This document shows positions 15,074 through 20,498 of a stretch of 20,498 nt of DNA, piece by piece. The DNA is from a bacterium (GTDB lineage: Bacteria; Eisenbacteria; RBG-16-71-46), in contig JAYWEM010000111.1 of NCBI GenBank assembly GCA_043779265.1, positions 1 to 20,498 on the forward strand, written 5' to 3'. Made by a program: the position numbers and the translations under genes. Each line of letters opens with the position of its first letter. Positions within the stretch are counted from its first letter, which is position 1. Below the pieces are notes generated by a model. That model saw nothing but the letters and a program-made list of their open reading frames with translations. It was not told the origin of the DNA and searched no databases.

Positions 15074-15982
15074 CTACGGGATGGCTGCGCCCGCATCGCT
15101 CCCGGCCAGCACCTGCCGGGTCCGCTCGACATCGACCGCCATCTGAACGACGAGCGCCTCGGCGCCATCGAAACGCAGCTCCGGTCGCAGGAAACCCACA
15201 AGGCGGACCTCGAGCATGCTGCCGTAGAGATCCCCCGAGTAGTCGAGGATGAACACTTCCAGCGTGCGGACCTGCCCGCCGAACGTCGGCCGCACGCCGA
15301 TGCTCATCGCGCCCTGGAGCCAGTCCGGAGTCCCGGCCAGCCGCACGTGCACCGCATAGATGCCATGTCCCGGGATGACCTTCTCCTCGAGCAGCCGGAG
15401 ATTGGCCGTGGGGAATCCGAGCTCCCGGCCAAGACCCTCTCCCCGGACGACCAGCCCGGTCAGACTGTGGAATCTCCCGAGCAATCGGGCCGCCCCCGCG
15501 ACATCACCTTCGTTCAGCAGGCTCCGGATGCGCGTGCTCGAGACTGTCGCGCCACCGACCGACATCAACGGAACCGAGGACACGGTGAAACCGTGCTGGC
15601 TTCCGATCTCTCCGAGCCGCGTGACGTCACCGGCGCGCGCGCGTCCGAGCGCGAAGTCCTCCCCCACGACGAGCGCGGAGGGGACGAGCGGTCGAACGAG
15701 ATGCGCTTCGACGAAGGCCTCGGGTGAGAGCGCGGCGATCTCGCGCGTGAATGCGATCACATGCAACTCGATCCCCATCGCGCCCAGCAGTTCATGCTTC
15801 TCGGGAATCGGCGTCAGAGGCGGCATGGGCTTGAACTCACGCGCCAGCACGACGTCGGGGTGAGGATCGAAACTGACCGCGACGCAACGTCCATCGCCCG
15901 CGAGCGCGCGTGCACGCTCGAGCAGCGCTCGGTGCCCGAGGTGAAGCCCGTCGAAGACGCCGACTGCGACGACCGTGCTCAT
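15074..15982 (-). CDS. ribF: Bifunctional riboflavin kinase / FMN adenylyltransferase
   Basis: [62 protein letters not shown] 15982 overlaps the truB stop; the ORF-track N-terminal extension is spurious. Confidence 0.97.
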   Translation of the reverse strand: MSTVVAVGVFDGLHLGHRALLERARALAGDGRCVAVSFDPHPDVVLAREFKPMPPLTPIPEKHELLGAMGIELHVIAFTREIAALSPEAFVEAHLVRPLVPSALVVGEDFALGRARAGDVTRLGEIGSQHGFTVSSVPLMSVGGATVSSTRIRSLLNEGDVAGAARLLGRFHSLTGLVVRGEGLGRELGFPTANLRLLEEKVIPGHGIYAVHVRLAGTPDWLQGAMSIGVRPTFGGQVRTLEVFILDYSGDLYGSMLEVRLVGFLRPELRFDGAEALVVQMAVDVERTRQVLAGSDAGAAIP

Positions 15983-16959
15983 GCGGACTCGGCCCCGTGG
16001 ACCGCCCACGGGAAGACGACATCGGGCTTCGCTCGCCATCGTCCGTCCTCCCCGTGCTGGATGCCGCCCAACCCGAGCGCGCGACCGGTGGGTCCTCGAA
16101 GCACGACGGATCGCTCGGCGGTCACACCATCCGGCCACGCCTCGGACAGGGTCAGTGACTGCCCGTACCCCAGTGCCTCCACCTGTGCCGCATCGAGCGC
16201 CAGCGGCGGCAGCGTTCGCAGCGCATCGTCGAGTGCGATGCCATACTCGGCGAGGATCGAGTCGCGCGGCTCGCCCTCGAGCGACGCCCAGGGCGCGGCG
16301 CGGTCGATGTGGAACGGTTCGCTCGCCAGGCGCCGAAGGGACGCGAGCGCGGCCCCGGTCCCGAGCGCCGCCCCGAGATCGTGGACGAGCGTGCGCACAT
16401 AGGTGCCGCCGGAGCAGCGCACGACGAACCGCGCGGCAGCGGGATCGAAAGACAGCCACTCCCACCGCTCGACGTGAATCGCCCGTGGCTCGCGGACGAC
16501 TTCCTCACCGCGGCGGGCGATCGCATGCAGACGCTCGCCTCGATGCTTCAACGCGGACACCATCGGCGGCACCTGGAGCAGGTCCCCGGTCAGCGCGTCG
16601 GAGGCCTCGCGCACACCCACCTCATCGAGCATCGGCACTTCGCGCCGCTCGAGCACGTGACCCTGCAGGTCCTGCGAACCGGTGACGACGCCGAAGCAGG
16701 CAGCGCCTTCGTAGGTCTTGGCCCCGCCCTGCCAAACGCTGGCGCAACGCGTTGCCGCCCCGAGAACCAGCACGAGCAGACCGCTCGCGCCCGGGTCGAG
16801 TGTTCCCAGATGGCCGATGGCCCGCATGCCGAGACGGCGCCGAGCGCGGTCCACGACATCATGCGAGGTGATGCCGACGGGCTTGTCGACGGGCAACAAC
16901 CCCGCCCACGGCACTGCCCCCCCGGCTTGCGCTCGAACGCGGCTACGCCCGCCGCTCAA
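15979..16959 (-). CDS. truB: tRNA pseudouridine(55) synthase
   Basis: DKPVGITSHDVV, GHLGTLDP, KTY, QVPPMVSALK, CSGGTYVRTL..DLG, LRR. TTG start overlaps the rbfA stop. Confidence 0.96.
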   Translation of the reverse strand: MSGGRSRVRAQAGGAVPWAGLLPVDKPVGITSHDVVDRARRRLGMRAIGHLGTLDPGASGLLVLVLGAATRCASVWQGGAKTYEGAACFGVVTGSQDLQGHVLERREVPMLDEVGVREASDALTGDLLQVPPMVSALKHRGERLHAIARRGEEVVREPRAIHVERWEWLSFDPAAARFVVRCSGGTYVRTLVHDLGAALGTGAALASLRRLASEPFHIDRAAPWASLEGEPRDSILAEYGIALDDALRTLPPLALDAAQVEALGYGQSLTLSEAWPDGVTAERSVVLRGPTGRALGLGGIQHGEDGRWRAKPDVVFPWAVHGAESA

Positions 16960-17333
16960 GCATCGCCCTCGTCAGCATCCGGAATCGGCTCACCGGTCTT
17001 GATGCGCCGCAGGAGATCATCGACGCGGGCTCCGCGATCGAGCGAGTCATCCAGGACGAATCGGAGATCAGGAACTTCGCGGAGCCCCAGCCGGTCGCCC
17101 AGTTCATGCCGCACGAAGCCCGATGCGTGTTGCAGCCGGGACACGGCGTGCGCTCGCTGCGCGTCATCGCCGAGCACGCTCACGAAGATGCGGGCGAACG
17201 ACAGGTCGGAGGTCACTTCGACGTCCGTGACCGAGATCATCGTGGTCAGGCGCGGATCGCGGAGCTTCGACTGCAGGATGTCGGCGACCTCCCGGCGCAT
17301 CAGGTGCGCCACCTTCTCGGGGCGGATCCTCAT
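16956..17333 (-). CDS. rbfA: 30S ribosome-binding factor A
   Basis: RPEKVAHLMRREVA...RDPRL...SVTDVEVTSDLSFARIFVS...GFVRHELG...LREVPDLRFVLD. ATG 17333 overlaps the upstream stop. Confidence 0.97.
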   Translation of the reverse strand: MRIRPEKVAHLMRREVADILQSKLRDPRLTTMISVTDVEVTSDLSFARIFVSVLGDDAQRAHAVSRLQHASGFVRHELGDRLGLREVPDLRFVLDDSLDRGARVDDLLRRIKTGEPIPDADEGDA

Positions 17334-17611
17334 CGAACATCCTCCTGCCAGTCGAGGACCTGAGCCTCGAACGTGTGATCCACCAGCCGCCGCACATCGG
17401 CGAGCTGCTCGCGCACGCGCGCTCCATCGGCGGCCACGACCGCCAACCCGATGGCCGTGCGCTGCCAAAGGTCGTGGTGATCCACCTCGGCGACGGCCGC
17501 CCCGACCCGGTCGCGGATGCGCTGCTTGAGGCTGCGCACGACCTGGCGCTTGTCCTTCAGCGACTGCGCTGCAGGCACATGCAGTTCGATGCGGACGATG
17601 CCCACCACCAT
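17330..17611 (-). CDS. DUF503 (YlxP-like) protein
   Basis: MVVG...SLKDKRQVVRSL...VAEVDHHDLWQR..IGLAVV; conserved position between infB and rbfA; GAGG RBS. Confidence 0.92.
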   Translation of the reverse strand: MVVGIVRIELHVPAAQSLKDKRQVVRSLKQRIRDRVGAAVAEVDHHDLWQRTAIGLAVVAADGARVREQLADVRRLVDHTFEAQVLDWQEDVR

Positions 17612-17643
17612 GATCACGACCTCGCTCGCGTCACGTGAGCCCG

Positions 17644-17675
17644 GGACCGCGCGAGGTGGGGACCTCGCGCGGTCC
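17644..17675 (-). other. Strong GC hairpin immediately after the infB stop
   Basis: 14-bp perfect stem GGACCGCGCGAGGT / ACCTCGCGCGGTCC with a 4-nt loop; no U-tract. Confidence 0.7.
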
Positions 17676-17680
17676 ACGGG

Positions 17681-20389
17681 TCACGACAGCGACCGTGCGA
17701 CTTCCTTGATCGTGAAGGCCTCGATCCGATCACCCTCGAGGACATCGTTGTAGCCATCCAGGGTGATGCCGCACTCGAAGCCCTTCTCGACTTCTCGCAC
17801 GTCGTCCTTGAACCGCTTGAGCTGATTCAGGCGGCCCGTCCAGACCTTGGTCTCCCCGCGGAACAGTCGGACCTGCTCGGTCCGCTTGATGGTGCCGTTC
17901 AGCACCATGCAGCCGGCCACGCTGAGGCCCTTGGAGAGCTTGAAGACCGCACGCACCTCGGCGCTGCCCAGCACGACTTCCTCGATCTCCGGCTTGAGCA
18001 GGCCCTCGAGAGCGCTCGTCACGTCCTCGACCGCCTTGTAGATGATGTCGTACAGGCGGATCTCGACCTTCTCGCGCTCGGCCATCTCGCGCGCCTTGAC
18101 GTCCGGCCGCACGTGGAAGCCGACGATGCTCGCACCCGAGGCCTGCGCCAGGAGCACGTCCGACTCGGAGATCTGACCCACGGCGCGCCGGATGACACGC
18201 ACCGCGACTTCCTTGTTGGAGAGCTTCTGGAGCGTCTCGGCGAGCGCCTCGACGGATCCGTCCACGTCGCCCTTGATGACGAGCTTGAGCTCGTTGGTGC
18301 CACCCTGTGCCATCTGCGAGAAGAACTCGGTGAGCGACGGAACCTTGCCGACCTGGTTGATCTCGCTCTCGCGCCGCAGCGCCGCGCGCTTGGTCGCGAG
18401 CTCCCGCGCCTCACGTTCGTCCGCCTTGGCGATGTACTGATCACCGGCGCTCGGGACACCGCTCCAACCCACGACCTCGACCGGCGTCGAAGGCGGAGCC
18501 TCTTTCACCGGACGCCGGCGCTCGTCGTACATGGCGCGCACGCGACCGAAGTGGGGACCGGAGACGAAGGCGTCGCCAATACGCAGCGTGCCCGTCTGGA
18601 CGAGCACGGACGCGACGACTCCACGGCCCTGCTCCACCTTGGCCTCGATGACGACGCCCTTGGCCGGACGATTCGGATCGGCCTTGAGTTCGAGCACTTC
18701 GGCGGTGAGCAGCACCATCTCGAGCAGCTTGTCGACGTTCATGCCCTTCTTGGCGGACAGCTCGACGCTGGCGTACTTGCCGCCGTACTCCTCGACGACG
18801 ACGCCGGCCTCGGCCAACTGTGTCTTGATGCGCGTCGCATCGGACGTCGGCAGATCCATCTTGTTGATGGCGACGATGATCGGCACGCCCGCGGCCTTGG
18901 CGTGATCGATCGCCTCGAGCGTCTGCGGCATGACGCGATCGTCTCCCGCCACCACGAGGATGACGATGTCCGTGACCTGGGCGCCGCGCGCACGCATGGC
19001 GGTGAACGCCTCGTGACCCGGCGTGTCGAGGAATGCGATCCGCTCCCCGGTCGGCAGCGTCACTTCGTAGGCGCCGATGTGCTGCGTGATCCCGCCGGAT
19101 TCCCCGGCCACGACATTCGTGCGACGGATGTAGTCGAGCAGCGAGGTCTTGCCGTGATCGACATGGCCCATGATCGTGACGACGGCGGGTCGCGGGACCA
19201 GGAGTCCCTCGCTCACGACGTCATCGATCTCCTCAACCGGCTCCTCGCCATACTCGGCGCTGAACTCGACATCGAAACCGAACTCGTCGGCCACCATCGT
19301 GATGGTGTCCTTGTCGAGTCGCTTGTTGATCGTGGCCATGGCGCCGAGCTGCATGAGCGCCGTGATGGCCTCCTGCGGCCGCACCTGCATCAGCTGTGCG
19401 AGTTCGGCGACGGTGATGAACTCGGCCGCCTTGATCGACTTCTTCTCCTCGGTGCCGGTGCCGCCCGCCTCATCCTCACGGCGGCGGTGCTTACGACCCT
19501 TGCCGCCGGAATCGAGACTCGCGAGGGTACGGCGAACGCTCTCAGCGGTCTGGCGATCATCCGCGGCCGTGCGCTTCTTCTTGTTGCGGTCACGCCGCTG
19601 TCCGCGGCCACCAGGCCCGCCGGGACCCCCCGGACCACCGGGGCCGCCCGAACTACTGGGGGCGCCACCGAATCCCGGGCGTCCACCTGCGCCGGGGCCA
19701 CCCGACGAGGGCGCCCCACCACCGAAACCAGGACGTCCACCGCCGCCGCCGGGACGACCGCCACCGCCAGCAGGACGGACGGCACCACCGCCGAAACTCG
19801 GACGCGAACCACCCGGTCCGCCGGGGCGCGGCGCGCCGGCACCAGGACCACCCGAGTAACTGGGACGCCCACCGCCGCCAGGGCGAGGACCGCCCTGTCC
19901 GCCGCCGTAGGGCGGCCTCGGCGCGCCGAGGCCCGGAGGACGGGGTGCACCCGGAACGAGACCCTGACGAGGGCCGGTGTACGTGGGCCTCGGGCTTGCG
20001 GGACCGCTGCCAGGACGCTGCGGACCGCTCGGACGCGGTGCGCTCGAGCCCGAACCGCCCGGCGAACCGGAGGGCCCGCTCGGCGCCGTCGTCGAGCGAG
20101 GCGTCGCTGACGGAGCCGTGCTCGCGTGCGGCTGCGCGGGCTTCGCGGCTTCACGCGCACGCTGAGCCTCGTGCTCCTGCTGGCGCACGACCTCCTCACG
20201 GACGGCCGCCTTCTCCTTGCCCAACTCGGCACGGACGCGGCCCACGGAATCGGACGCGAGCGTGCTCATGTGATTCTTCAGTTCGATGCCGAGCTTCTTC
20301 GAGATCTGCAGGATGACATCACTCGACATCCCGAGTTCCTTGGCGACCTCGTAGACTCGCTGCTTCTTCGCCGACGGCTCAGTCGCCAC
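17681..20389 (-). CDS. infB: Translation initiation factor IF-2
   Basis: N-terminal [11 protein letters not shown]-domain [42 protein letters not shown]-terminal IIY and [19 protein letters not shown] start at 20389 with AAGGAG RBS. Confidence 0.99.
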   Translation of the reverse strand: MATEPSAKKQRVYEVAKELGMSSDVILQISKKLGIELKNHMSTLASDSVGRVRAELGKEKAAVREEVVRQQEHEAQRAREAAKPAQPHASTAPSATPRSTTAPSGPSGSPGGSGSSAPRPSGPQRPGSGPASPRPTYTGPRQGLVPGAPRPPGLGAPRPPYGGGQGGPRPGGGGRPSYSGGPGAGAPRPGGPGGSRPSFGGGAVRPAGGGGRPGGGGGRPGFGGGAPSSGGPGAGGRPGFGGAPSSSGGPGGPGGPGGPGGRGQRRDRNKKKRTAADDRQTAESVRRTLASLDSGGKGRKHRRREDEAGGTGTEEKKSIKAAEFITVAELAQLMQVRPQEAITALMQLGAMATINKRLDKDTITMVADEFGFDVEFSAEYGEEPVEEIDDVVSEGLLVPRPAVVTIMGHVDHGKTSLLDYIRRTNVVAGESGGITQHIGAYEVTLPTGERIAFLDTPGHEAFTAMRARGAQVTDIVILVVAGDDRVMPQTLEAIDHAKAAGVPIIVAINKMDLPTSDATRIKTQLAEAGVVVEEYGGKYASVELSAKKGMNVDKLLEMVLLTAEVLELKADPNRPAKGVVIEAKVEQGRGVVASVLVQTGTLRIGDAFVSGPHFGRVRAMYDERRRPVKEAPPSTPVEVVGWSGVPSAGDQYIAKADEREARELATKRAALRRESEINQVGKVPSLTEFFSQMAQGGTNELKLVIKGDVDGSVEALAETLQKLSNKEVAVRVIRRAVGQISESDVLLAQASGASIVGFHVRPDVKAREMAEREKVEIRLYDIIYKAVEDVTSALEGLLKPEIEEVVLGSAEVRAVFKLSKGLSVAGCMVLNGTIKRTEQVRLFRGETKVWTGRLNQLKRFKDDVREVEKGFECGITLDGYNDVLEGDRIEAFTIKEVARSLS
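19605..20130 (-). repeat. Low-complexity Gly/Pro/Arg-rich coding region within the IF-2 N-terminus
   Basis: Repeated GGGRP, GAPRP and [12 protein letters not shown] units; boundaries are approximate. Confidence 0.8.
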
Positions 20390-20498
20390 GGGGTTCTCCT
20401 TCCGCGGCTTCGGCCGCTGCAAGCCCCGGATCGTCGTCGCTCTCGGGCGACGCTTCCATCTCCGGGGTGTACTCCATCTCCGCGCCATCCGGGCTCGT
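20379..20498 (-). CDS. 3' end of an upstream gene with an acidic C-terminal tail, probably NusA
   Basis: Open frame ...[39 protein letters not shown] whose stop overlaps the infB start by 11 nt. Identity is inferred only from the usual nusA-infB synteny. Confidence 0.5.
   Translation of the reverse strand, partial: TSPDGAEMEYTPEMEASPESDDDPGLAAAEAAEGEPRGD

Noticed and set aside
18113..20110. 665-aa plus-strand ORF antisense to infB
   Set aside because: Same antisense artefact, with no domain signatures.
19605..20130. Repetitive GC-rich DNA as a CRISPR array or tandem-repeat element
   Set aside because: It is in-frame low-complexity coding sequence of IF-2 with no repeat-spacer periodicity.

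Overview
Very GC-rich bacterial chromosomal segment, almost all on the minus strand; the taxon cannot be determined from sequence alone. The right half (about 10.9-20.5 kb) is a conserved housekeeping run: the 3' end of a probable nusA, then infB, DUF503, rbfA, truB, ribF, rpsO, pnp and an M16 peptidase. It includes a sigma70-type promoter and a candidate uS15 autoregulatory leader before rpsO. In the middle, a plus-strand PLP aminotransferase (LL-DAP aminotransferase-like) is divergent from a secreted DUF3108-like gene that has a sigma54-like promoter. The left half (1-8.6 kb) is the start of a tightly coupled surface-polysaccharide operon, preceded by a near-consensus TTGACA-N18-TATACT promoter and a ~240-nt structured leader. 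Its gene order is: OPX/Wza-like exporter, Wzc/GumC-type co-polymerase, a BY-kinase homologue with degenerate catalytic motifs, an uncharacterised Pol-beta-superfamily nucleotidyltransferase, a cytoplasmic NPP/alkaline-phosphatase-family enzyme, a Wzx-type flippase, GT2, DUF2304 and a UPF0104 membrane protein that runs off the window. The best candidate for an undescribed system is the pseudokinase + nucleotidyltransferase + phosphodiesterase module inside this operon, followed by the tandem-motif RNA leader. No mobile elements, CRISPR arrays, tRNA or rRNA genes were seen.
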